Shown here one piece after another: positions 55,508 to 64,000 of a DNA stretch of 64,000 bases. Each line of letters starts with the position of its first letter. Position 1 is the stretch's first letter. This DNA is from a virus. The notes under the pieces are model-generated. The model searched no databases. It saw only the letters and a list, made by a program, of their open reading frames with translations, and was not told where the DNA came from. Both the position numbers and the translations under genes were made by a program. The stretch lies in IMG/VR virus record IMGVR_UViG_3300027586_000002, positions 32,001 through 96,000 of that record; one strand, 5' to 3'.

Positions 55508-56209
55508 TTAACAATTCCATTTACTTAAAGCTAACGATTTTCTAGTAGGCCTTCCCTTTTCATCTTTCATTGGACCAGGCATTCCGCTCATTCTTGCACA
55601 GAAAGACTTTCTTCTTTTTGCTGATTTTGAATCAGGGTCTAATTTTGATGGCTCCGTAGTAACAGCCATTTGAAGTTTAGACCCAGGGTTTTCTGCGCGA
55701 TACGATGCTACGCCTTTAGCGTTTAACCCACCTGCTGGATTTTTGCCTTCTGAACGTTGCCAAGCCGCAGATGCTTGCTTATCTGATTCTTTTTCATTCT
55801 TTTTACCTACAGGACGACAAGAGCCAGGAGTCAACGCCTTAGTATTAGGTACGCGTTGGTATCCGCTCCAACACTTAGCTTGCTTCTCTGATATCGCGGT
55901 TACTTTGTTCCAGTTCTTAGCATCGGGGTAGTCTTTGTCTCCAGGCTTTGCTGTAGCTTCCCCTCGTTGCTTTTTAGCTCTAATGTTTGCCCACAAGCCG
56001 GGCTTTTCATCTGTTCCGCGCCCTAGTTTATTAAGCTCTTCAGCTCGCTTATAAAACCCTCTTAGCATTGCTTCTTTAGACACAGCAGGTAATCCATCAT
56101 AGTCATAGCCTTTAATGTATTTTTCATCATAGAAGTCATAACCATATGCTTCTTTATTAAGCTCTTCGGCTCGCTTATAAAACCCTCTTAGTATTGCTTC
56201 TTTGTTCAT
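55508..56209 (-). CDS. tagged modular protein with DUF6321-like C-terminal domain
   Basis: Tag twice; KPGLWANI; KCW.GY...GSC; AAWQR.EGKNP.GGLN...RRKSFCARM.G...W.C. Confidence 0.7.
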   Translation of the reverse strand: MNKEAILRGFYKRAEELNKEAYGYDFYDEKYIKGYDYDGLPAVSKEAMLRGFYKRAEELNKLGRGTDEKPGLWANIRAKKQRGEATAKPGDKDYPDAKNWNKVTAISEKQAKCWSGYQRVPNTKALTPGSCRPVGKKNEKESDKQASAAWQRSEGKNPAGGLNAKGVASYRAENPGSKLQMAVTTEPSKLDPDSKSAKRRKSFCARMSGMPGPMKDEKGRPTRKSLALSKWNC

Positions 56210-56210
56210 A

Positions 56211-56549
56211 TTAAAACTGTTTGTTAAATCCCAATCTTGCTGGTAGTTTATCTGCAGAAATACTAGGGTTTACCGGAAGAGGCACTGGAGTTTGTTGACT
56301 ATATGCGGGGTGAGGAGCCTGCCCTAACCCAGCTAACAATTTAGCTCGGTCCAGCACCATCGCAAGTGGATTTATCCCTGGCATTTTGATTGGAAGATCA
56401 GGGGCAACGTATGGTTTGTCTTTCCCTACTTGGAATAACGGATTTATTCCTGGCATAACTAGACCACCAGCTTCACCTGCCCACTTTAGCCTTTCAGCTG
56501 CTCGCTTATAAAACCCTCTTAGTATTGCTTCTTTGTTCATATTATTCAT
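56211..56549 (-). CDS. tagged Pro-rich small protein
   Basis: MNKEAILRGFYKRAA; MPGINPL x2; ends RLGFNKQF. Confidence 0.6.
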   Translation of the reverse strand: MNNMNKEAILRGFYKRAAERLKWAGEAGGLVMPGINPLFQVGKDKPYVAPDLPIKMPGINPLAMVLDRAKLLAGLGQAPHPAYSQQTPVPLPVNPSISADKLPARLGFNKQF

Positions 56550-56550
56550 A

Positions 56551-57711
56551 TTAAAACTGTTTGTTAAATCCCAATCTTACATTGTTCTTACCAAAACTAG
56601 CTCTTGGAGAGGCTTTTCCTACAAGCGGAATACCTACATCTGTCTTCTTCTTAAAGTTCTGAAAGAAGCTTGCCGTGCCCTTAGACTTAGAAGTAGGAGC
56701 AACGGCAACGGCAGGCTTTATTGAAGCCATCGTTGCTGGGCCTACGTTGGCTTCTACGGGGTTATTACAGGCTCCCCCGCCACAGACGTCAATATCAGGT
56801 TCTACGTATGGAGCAGCGATAGATGACATAGCCAAACTAGGAGCTGGCTGTTGCCCTGATATAGTAGCAACATTACGCATTGTCTCCCTACGTATCGCTG
56901 CTTGTATGCTATCTGCTGCAAAGTTAGAACTTGGCTGTGGATTGTTAAGCTCGGATTTGAATCTATCCATGAATGAACCCTGCATCAATTGATTGGCTTG
57001 TTCTTCTGATTTCTTAAACAACTTATGCTTTATAGCAAAATCCTGCATGTCTTTGACTGTCTTGAAACTATCTGGCGTTCGTCCGCGCGCAGCATACCAT
57101 CGTTTGTTATTCTGATTGCCTATTCCTTCAAGAGCAATGCTCATTTCTATATCGTCTAGTTCATCTGTTCCTATATGTTTTCTAAAATTGCTAGTTAATT
57201 TAACATGTTGTGGTTGAACACCTAATTGTTGGTGAATTAACCTGGCCAGAGCTGGATGTACTCCTTTTTGTATGCCTTTATGATTAAATGGATCTTCATA
57301 AGACGATGGAGGATAATTGTATTCTGGTTCAACTTTAGCTTGTGGAAACATTGACCATGCGTTCTTATTCATACTTTTAGGATAGTGAGTATACAAAGTT
57401 CTATTCTTTGTGTCGGCATATATTTTAGCAAGCTCTTGCAACAGCTTTTTATTTTTTGCGTCTTTTAAAGTAAAATAGCGAGGGTTATTACCTTCTTGTT
57501 TATGTACATCAGTATTATAATAGTTTTCTGTTTGAAAATGTACTGGCTTCTTGCTTACTTTGAAATGTTGTTGCAATGCCTTTGTAAAACTAGATGAATC
57601 GACACTGCCCGCGCCAGCGTAACCTCCCTTGACTCCTGTTTGTAATCCTAAATATGGATCGCTATGATAATCTCCTTTATCATCTGACCATGAGTATGCA
57701 TTCTTATTCAT
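56551..57711 (-). CDS. modular protein with internal acyl-carrier-protein-like domain
   Basis: MNKNA twice; LIHQQLGV....V...SNF...IGTDELDDIEMSIALE...FKTVKD. Confidence 0.6.
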   Translation of the reverse strand: MNKNAYSWSDDKGDYHSDPYLGLQTGVKGGYAGAGSVDSSSFTKALQQHFKVSKKPVHFQTENYYNTDVHKQEGNNPRYFTLKDAKNKKLLQELAKIYADTKNRTLYTHYPKSMNKNAWSMFPQAKVEPEYNYPPSSYEDPFNHKGIQKGVHPALARLIHQQLGVQPQHVKLTSNFRKHIGTDELDDIEMSIALEGIGNQNNKRWYAARGRTPDSFKTVKDMQDFAIKHKLFKKSEEQANQLMQGSFMDRFKSELNNPQPSSNFAADSIQAAIRRETMRNVATISGQQPAPSLAMSSIAAPYVEPDIDVCGGGACNNPVEANVGPATMASIKPAVAVAPTSKSKGTASFFQNFKKKTDVGIPLVGKASPRASFGKNNVRLGFNKQF

Positions 57712-57712
57712 A

Positions 57713-60541
57713 TTATTTAAGTGCTGGTTGACTTGCGTTAGGAGCCATTTGGAATGCTTCGTGGAACAAGTTGCTTACTCCAGCGTTTGCCGGATTGGTA
57801 AACACATGTGGAAGTAAACGTTCTCCTGTGCTTTCAGGTTTAGTTAAAGCTTTATTAAAGTTTAATATTGTCTCTCCAGGTCCCTTAGGATTCTTAAGCC
57901 CGTCTGTTAATGTTTTCTTTAACCCTGTAAAGGCATCATTATTACCCCAACTTGTATAATTAGTCTTAAGCTGGTTCTCATTATTAAACACTCCCTGCCT
58001 AGTAGTAGGAGTTGTTAAACTATATTGTTTAGTAGGAGCAGCTTGAAGAAATTGTAATATCTTTGTTTGTATATGTTCAGGAGCATTCATTGCATTAGTT
58101 AGCCCTGTCATAAAATCAGGATGCATCATTCCAGGTATAGGCTCTAGTGGAGGTATAGCCTTTAGTGGAGGTATAGGCTTTAGTGGAGGTAGTACATCCG
58201 CTGCACGTTTATTAAACCCTCTTAGTATTGCCTCCTTGTTCATGTTATTTTCTAGATCCTTCTTTCTTTTCTTATTCCAGTAATAAAGCCCAGCTAATCC
58301 TCCAGCAGCAGCCAAGCCAATTCCTACTGGTATACTTACTGACGTAGGAATAACAGGCCTTATTTCAGCGGTATGGCTTGGAGCATTTCTCCCAGTTAAA
58401 TGAGCTTCTCTGACAAACTCTTCTTTAGTTGGAATTAACCACGGTTGTTTCTGTGTGATAGCAAAACTCCTAGCAGCATTAGCTGTATCTGTTGTGGATA
58501 TGTGTCCTGGAGTACCATAAGTCCTTCTTGGCACATTTGATAATGGTGATTTACCTATGATCTTATCAATACACGCACCATCTCCGTTACAACCTATTAC
58601 TTCTAAAAGACTAGGTTTCTTGCCTGTATAGTTTTTTAATATATCACTTAGCAGAGTGCTTTCATCGCCAGCAGCCCCGCCGCCTAGACTATAGTTGTCA
58701 GTCTTTCCACCTCCGTGACCCATTAGTGACAATATACCATTTGGAATGTTTTTTCGAAATGTGAAGTCGCCGGCTATATCCTGATTCTGATAATCTGAAT
58801 ACATCTTGAACGCGCTCTCGCGCTCGCGGGGGGCGTGAAAGTCCAAAAATGATGTGTCATTATTCGGACGAAGCCCGAGGTTGTAGGAATGGTCATTTAT
58901 AACTGTTTTTGCTTCTTTGTTCATACTTCCTTTATTGATCCAAGCTTTAATGGCCGATATAACTTTAGGATCTTTAGCTTTTGATAAATAATCCTGTACG
59001 TTCATTTCGCCTACATTCTCTTCACCCAAGAACTCATACTCAGGAATTGCATCTACATCCCGCTTACGCATCTTATATGTTCTTAATGGTTTAACTGGCT
59101 TATCGCTTACATACTCAGACGAAGTGATTGTCTGACCTAATTCTTTGTCTTCTCTGGTAATCTTTTTAAAATGACTGGCAGGAAAAACGTGCATATATCC
59201 ATTAGGAGTATGCCCTAAAAGAAGTTTTCTACCAGTGCTTGGATCTATTAATCGGTGGTACACTGAGTTCTTTATCTTCTCCTTCATTGCAAGGTATTCT
59301 GGTGTAGGAGTATTTGTAAATGCAGAAGAGGGTTTGTCTGCAGCATAAGCCACTTGATCACCATACTCATATCCATAATTATACTTTTGATTAAACTTGG
59401 GGTCCAATACATCTAACTTTTGCGCAGATCCATGGTATAAGTATTTGCGATTCTTTATATCTTCTATACTCTTAATTATCATCTCTGGATAACCTGCGCG
59501 AAGAGCTGCTTTCTTAAACATATTGTTATTTAATATCTCGTTGTAGCTCTGAGGCTTATATCTATCTTTCTTCAAGTCTCTTATTGTATCATTGGCTTCT
59601 GCATAATCAGATCGTAAATCAAATATAGATCTAGGATGCTGACCTGATATCTGTGACCTTATATAACCCTGTATTGAAGAACGCAAAGGTCCACGGTCTA
59701 GTAACATCTTATTAGCTGTTGGTATCTTAAGAACATGATCAGCTTCAGTATGATGACCACCAAGAACTATGTTGTCATTACCTTGTATATACTTATCCAT
59801 TAGCTCTTGTCTCTTACCAGCAAGCAAAGCCAGCATCTCATCATTGTAATCTTTCTTTCTAATATGCTTGTAACCCAAGTCTTTCTCGCCCTGCTCATCG
59901 AACTCATCTAGATCCTTAGTATTAAGATGAGGATACTTGGCTTTAAGAGCTTCAAGTAAATGCGTCTTACCTGCGCCCGATGCTCCTCCTATATGAGCTA
60001 GTACGTTGCCTGATTGCTTCATCAAATTTGCGTAACCAGTATTACCATGAGGAGATATGACTTCAATCCTAGGGTTTATGGTCATTCCCATATACTTCGA
60101 CTTGCCCAATATCTTCTTATGCTTATCCCAACGAGCAATAGCGTCATCATATCCGGCCTGTCCCAATTGTGGTCCGTCTGGATGTAATAACTTATCCGGT
60201 AACCCGACTACATCAAACAATGTACGCTTAAGATCTTCGTCATTTATATTAAAGTTATGTTGATAATAACCTTTGCCTGGATTGAACTTCTCTCTTCCAG
60301 GTATAGTAGAGTAAAGAAATGATTGATCATCAGGAACATTAACACCTATGGCTTTAAGCTTGTCTCTATATACTTGCTCTGTCTTTTTTCTACCTTCTAC
60401 ATATTTAGAAGCTAACTCAGGCTTATTCTCCCATCTACCGTTAGTACGATCCTTAAGCAACTCAGCATATAACAATGTCCTCAAAGCATCGTGTTTGATA
60501 CGAGCATAGTGAACTGATTGTATATCTGACTGCTTGTGCAT
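57713..60541 (-). CDS. polyprotein-like: unknown + P-loop kinase + ADP-ribosyltransferase-like + caspase-like + TM + tagged module (ORF opens at 60559)
   Basis: GASGAGKT; LYHGS...AYA...EY.S.KPV.P; MGHGGG...IGCN..AC; junctions KQS/KQS/KKA/KEA/KEA..KRAA. Confidence 0.7.
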   Translation of the reverse strand: MHKQSDIQSVHYARIKHDALRTLLYAELLKDRTNGRWENKPELASKYVEGRKKTEQVYRDKLKAIGVNVPDDQSFLYSTIPGREKFNPGKGYYQHNFNINDEDLKRTLFDVVGLPDKLLHPDGPQLGQAGYDDAIARWDKHKKILGKSKYMGMTINPRIEVISPHGNTGYANLMKQSGNVLAHIGGASGAGKTHLLEALKAKYPHLNTKDLDEFDEQGEKDLGYKHIRKKDYNDEMLALLAGKRQELMDKYIQGNDNIVLGGHHTEADHVLKIPTANKMLLDRGPLRSSIQGYIRSQISGQHPRSIFDLRSDYAEANDTIRDLKKDRYKPQSYNEILNNNMFKKAALRAGYPEMIIKSIEDIKNRKYLYHGSAQKLDVLDPKFNQKYNYGYEYGDQVAYAADKPSSAFTNTPTPEYLAMKEKIKNSVYHRLIDPSTGRKLLLGHTPNGYMHVFPASHFKKITREDKELGQTITSSEYVSDKPVKPLRTYKMRKRDVDAIPEYEFLGEENVGEMNVQDYLSKAKDPKVISAIKAWINKGSMNKEAKTVINDHSYNLGLRPNNDTSFLDFHAPRERESAFKMYSDYQNQDIAGDFTFRKNIPNGILSLMGHGGGKTDNYSLGGGAAGDESTLLSDILKNYTGKKPSLLEVIGCNGDGACIDKIIGKSPLSNVPRRTYGTPGHISTTDTANAARSFAITQKQPWLIPTKEEFVREAHLTGRNAPSHTAEIRPVIPTSVSIPVGIGLAAAGGLAGLYYWNKKRKKDLENNMNKEAILRGFNKRAADVLPPLKPIPPLKAIPPLEPIPGMMHPDFMTGLTNAMNAPEHIQTKILQFLQAAPTKQYSLTTPTTRQGVFNNENQLKTNYTSWGNNDAFTGLKKTLTDGLKNPKGPGETILNFNKALTKPESTGERLLPHVFTNPANAGVSNLFHEAFQMAPNASQPALK

Positions 60542-60542
60542 G

Positions 60543-60980
60543 TTATTGCCCTGCAACATTAGCCTTCTTGTTTAAGTAATCAATGATAACTTGATTATCT
60601 GCTAGTTGTTCCTTTAACCCGACAACCTCAGCTTCATAGTCTTTAACCTGGGTTTTAAGAATATCGATTTCATCCTGCATATCATTCAATCTTGCATTGC
60701 AGTCCTGTCTTTTAATTGTTTCTTGGTCAAGCCTTACACTTAGCTCATCCAAACGTTTGCCTAGATCCGTAGCTGATTTTTTCCAGAATTCTGCCATATC
60801 TATTTCTCCTTCTATTCTAGTTTTATCTGCTAATGAAATGTCTTTCTTTGATTCAGCGTCGTCTTTTCTCTTTGACAACAGTTTTATAATTATAGGTGCA
60901 AGTCCTGCACCTCCTAATAATATCAGAAATATGTCTTTAATGAAAATAAATGTTTGATCGTCAGCTCCTGGTAGTGTCAT
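60543..60980 (-). CDS. single-TM coiled-coil protein (holin/spanin-like topology)
   Basis: IFLILLGGAGLAPIII then long heptads. Confidence 0.55.
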   Translation of the reverse strand: MTLPGADDQTFIFIKDIFLILLGGAGLAPIIIKLLSKRKDDAESKKDISLADKTRIEGEIDMAEFWKKSATDLGKRLDELSVRLDQETIKRQDCNARLNDMQDEIDILKTQVKDYEAEVVGLKEQLADNQVIIDYLNKKANVAGQ

Positions 60981-60984
60981 ATGT

Positions 60985-61932
60985 TTATTTATTGTATCCT
61001 TTAAATAGATTAGTTGTCCATTGTCCGTTGGTTCCCTTTAAATACTGAATTGGGTTATTATAAACGCCCGGCAGAAATCCCTTATCACCACCGGAGTGAC
61101 GCCTTCCAAGCCCAATAGATGGTATATCACCACCGTAACCAAGCCTACCTTGAGGAGTGGCAACCATATTGGTCATGTTAGGAAAGTTTTCAGTTATTTC
61201 TTTTGTAGGAGCACAGCCTCTTTCTTGATTGCAAGTACTGAAGAATAAATTATGTACATTTGTAGCTTTATCTCCAATTGCCTTTCTTAAATCAGGCATA
61301 GAGAAGCCATCAACCTTGTTTAATGTTGAAAAATTATTTTTTCCAATTGCAGTTGAATCAAGACTTAATTCATATTCACCTGGCCTGCCACCACCATGAC
61401 TATCAACTAATAGAGAATTAAATGGATTTTTAGCTAAAAAACCTTTATTCAAATCTGGTCTAGCATTTGTGCGTTTTATAAAATTTGTTAAGGCTGGAAT
61501 CTCGAGCCCTCTGCCTCCACCGTAACCAATCCCTCTTAAATCTCCCTCTAAAATCATAGAAGAATTGATATTAGAATTAGCTCCATGATATATATAAGGA
61601 GCTAATTTATTACTATTGTTATTAACATTATTTTTAATTTTATCAATTGTATGATTAAAATAAAGATCTTCTTGAGCTTTAGATGAATCAAACATTTTAT
61701 CCATCATGTTTACACGATATGTTGAGTAATGCGGAACTCCTTCTGTAGGCTTTAGTATATTGTCATATCTTGTATCTGAATTCATGTGCTTTTTCAAAAC
61801 ACCCATATTAATATCATTAGCAGTATTATTGCTTATGCTGCTTATTGGTTTTATTGTTGGATGATTAGGATTTAATGGTATAAAGTCGGCTGCTCTCTTC
61901 ATAAACCCTCTTAATATAGCCTCAACGTTCAT
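60985..61932 (-). CDS. tagged caspase-like His/Cys domain protein
   Basis: MNVEAILRGFMKRAA; LLVDSHGGG...FFSTCN..GC. Confidence 0.6.
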   Translation of the reverse strand: MNVEAILRGFMKRAADFIPLNPNHPTIKPISSISNNTANDINMGVLKKHMNSDTRYDNILKPTEGVPHYSTYRVNMMDKMFDSSKAQEDLYFNHTIDKIKNNVNNNSNKLAPYIYHGANSNINSSMILEGDLRGIGYGGGRGLEIPALTNFIKRTNARPDLNKGFLAKNPFNSLLVDSHGGGRPGEYELSLDSTAIGKNNFSTLNKVDGFSMPDLRKAIGDKATNVHNLFFSTCNQERGCAPTKEITENFPNMTNMVATPQGRLGYGGDIPSIGLGRRHSGGDKGFLPGVYNNPIQYLKGTNGQWTTNLFKGYNK

Positions 61933-61935
61933 AGG

Positions 61936-63201
61936 TTATCGATTAAAAATTTTATCTTTTAAGTTATCCAGCATTAGTTGTTGAAGCTCTTCTTTTTCTT
62001 TTATAAAAGAAGCTATAGAACCTGTAGGCCTGGACATGTTAGCCATTACTTTGTCCTTGTAAGATGTATATGGATTTGTGTTAACAGCTTTGATCTTGTC
62101 TAAGTAATTATTTCCTTTGCCTAACTCTTGTCCTATCTCTCCAGCTTCCCCAGCCATTTGGGCTATTAAATTTGCAGCAACCAAAGGAGGCACACCAGTA
62201 AATCCCGCCGCCACCGCCGCCAGTGCCTCAGGAAGACCAACTCGTCTAGCGTCTGTATAAACACCATCATTTAACCAAGATTTTTGAGCAGTAGGATCAG
62301 AACCAGGGATAAGGTTGTATTCGTGTGGAGCGGCGATTGGTAGCTTAAGCTTGTTTAAAGTATCAGTTAATATTGGAGATGAGTCACCTATAGTCCAAGA
62401 ATAATTACCAGGCGGGGCCATAATAACCTTATTAACATTTATTTTAAAGTCTTTAGGTGTAGAGTACGTTGTTGGAGTATAAATATTTTTGAATGGATAA
62501 TCTCTATTTGTAATTGGGTCTTGATTATGTATTATTTCATTTTTTCCTTTATCAGTCAATAAACCATCTCCATATTGATGTCGTCCATTTACAGTAGTAT
62601 TTAATTGTTTAATAAACTTGGCATACATGTCTGGAGTACAACCATCTGTGTTAGGATTGCAGCCTAATGCTTTAATTATACTTGGATTTTTATCTTGTAA
62701 CTCTGAAGTTAAATGTTGGTTAGTTAACAATTTAGAATTGTATAGACCTTCGTCATCATTCCCACCCTCGTTTTTAATACCAGTAAACTGGCTAATATTT
62801 TTTCCTATATTTTCTGGCCTACGCTTTGGTTCGTGTATAAGTGATTCTGTTTTACCTCCCCATGGAGCACCAGAGTGAACAACGTCGGGTATGCTAAGAT
62901 CATAGTATGCTCCTTTATTTTCTTTAGAATAAGGATTACTTAGATTATAGTTATTTCTATCTCCGATACCATGTGCGTCCATATTTAATATTGACCCATT
63001 TGGGTTAATCGGAAATTTTGCGTTTCCTGAGAAGTAAGGTAAATTTATACGGCTGTTATTTAACAAGTTTAGACTACCAGGCTGGTATATTCCTTTACCT
63101 AAATTAGTAATGTTAGGCTGTGGTTTAGACACAGGTATAGGAGGGCGCTCAACATCAGCCGCTCGCTTATAGAAACCTCTTATAATAGCCTCAACGTTCA
63201 T
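61936..63201 (-). CDS. tagged caspase-like His/Cys domain protein
   Basis: MNVEAIIRGFYKRAA; LNMDAHGIG...ALGCN...GC; hydrophobic Ala-rich helix near C-end. Confidence 0.6.
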   Translation of the reverse strand: MNVEAIIRGFYKRAADVERPPIPVSKPQPNITNLGKGIYQPGSLNLLNNSRINLPYFSGNAKFPINPNGSILNMDAHGIGDRNNYNLSNPYSKENKGAYYDLSIPDVVHSGAPWGGKTESLIHEPKRRPENIGKNISQFTGIKNEGGNDDEGLYNSKLLTNQHLTSELQDKNPSIIKALGCNPNTDGCTPDMYAKFIKQLNTTVNGRHQYGDGLLTDKGKNEIIHNQDPITNRDYPFKNIYTPTTYSTPKDFKINVNKVIMAPPGNYSWTIGDSSPILTDTLNKLKLPIAAPHEYNLIPGSDPTAQKSWLNDGVYTDARRVGLPEALAAVAAGFTGVPPLVAANLIAQMAGEAGEIGQELGKGNNYLDKIKAVNTNPYTSYKDKVMANMSRPTGSIASFIKEKEELQQLMLDNLKDKIFNR

Positions 63202-63204
63202 TGG

Positions 63205-64000
63205 TTATTTATTGTATCCTTTAAACGTGTTAGTTGACCAATTCCCATTTGTACCTTTTAGATATTGAACTGGCCTTGTACCAATACCCATTGGATTAAT
63301 CATACTCATACCAAATGGTCGTGACTTACCAGCTCCAATTGAGAGTAAATCATTAACAACTCCAAATCTTCCTTGAGGAGAGGCAACCATATTAGTCATG
63401 TTAGGAAAAGCTTTGGTAAATTCTTCAGTAGGTGCTCCGCCGCCACGCTGGTTGCAAGTACTAAGATATAAATTATGAACGTTTGTTGCCTTATCTCCTA
63501 TAGTTTTTTTTAAATCGTCTACATTAAAATGTACATTAGGTGTAGGAAAATCATTTTTTCCTATGGATGACTTATCAATTCCAACAGAATAGTAGTTGGG
63601 TTCTCCGCCCCCATGCATATTAACTAAAAATGAATTAGATGGATTTTTATTTAAAAAGTCTAGCAGTAATGGTCGTTTATTATACCTAAGATCTCCTTCT
63701 AATATCATCGAGGAGTTCATATTAGAGTTTGCTCCATGATAAACGAATGGTGATAGTTCTGTAGGTTTGTTATTTGATATTTCATTAACTATTTTAGAAA
63801 CTTCTGGTAGCTTGAAAAACTTATATGTATCCATATCTAAGTGCTTATTAATAATGGGTTCAAGCTTTTTGTCCATGATTTGATTATAGCTAGAAACAAG
63901 GTCAAAATGCTGGTCTGAAGCAGGAGGGACATCTGGAGTTTTTGTATTTAAGAAAGGATGTCTAGGATTTAACGGAAGATCCGCCGCCCTCTTCATAAAC
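63205..64000 (-). CDS. tagged caspase-like His/Cys domain protein, close paralogue of 60985 (5'-partial)
   Basis: Window ends in ...FMKRAA; LVNMHGGG...YLSTCN; shared HGANSN.NSSMILEGDLR and FKGYNK*. Confidence 0.6.
   Translation of the reverse strand, partial: FMKRAADLPLNPRHPFLNTKTPDVPPASDQHFDLVSSYNQIMDKKLEPIINKHLDMDTYKFFKLPEVSKIVNEISNNKPTELSPFVYHGANSNMNSSMILEGDLRYNKRPLLLDFLNKNPSNSFLVNMHGGGEPNYYSVGIDKSSIGKNDFPTPNVHFNVDDLKKTIGDKATNVHNLYLSTCNQRGGGAPTEEFTKAFPNMTNMVASPQGRFGVVNDLLSIGAGKSRPFGMSMINPMGIGTRPVQYLKGTNGNWSTNTFKGYNK

Noticed and set aside
1393-62878. Numerous 60-160 aa ORFs antisense or out of frame to longer genes
   Set aside because: Shadow ORFs fully overlapping motif-supported genes, without recognisable motifs
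60985-64000. Diversity-generating retroelement TR/VR pair
   Set aside because: Similarity spans whole paralogous genes, differences are not adenine-specific, and no reverse transcriptase is in the window

Overview
AT-rich, gene-dense segment of a large (jumbo-type) tailed dsDNA phage using the standard genetic code; no rRNA, CRISPR or integrase seen. 0-17.7 kb: replication/recombination block (primase, DnaB helicase, family A DNA polymerase with N-terminal UDG-like domain, SSB-like, RecA, RuvC-like, RNA ligase) with an embedded ubiquitin-like conjugation cluster (Ubl-GG fusion, large Cys-bearing protein, JAB, ThiF/E1). 17.8-28.8 kb: accessory genes, AAA+ ATPase, probable portal and vWA protein. 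29.1-47.8 kb: 15 tRNA genes plus two tRNA-like oddities among small metabolic/counter-defence genes, preceded by an apparent leader-peptide attenuator. 48-54.5 kb: Trp-rich paralogue family, lipoproteins, a structured ncRNA candidate. 54.5-64 kb (minus strand): paralogous array sharing an N-terminal 'MNKEAILRGFxKRAA' tag and internal K-x-A/S junctions, carrying caspase-like His/Cys, ADP-ribosyltransferase-like, P-loop, ACP-like and DUF6321-like modules. Top candidates for new biology: the multi-codon attenuator gating the tRNA array, the phage ubiquitin-like system, and the tagged caspase-like cargo array. All calls are by motif recognition only; no searches were run.
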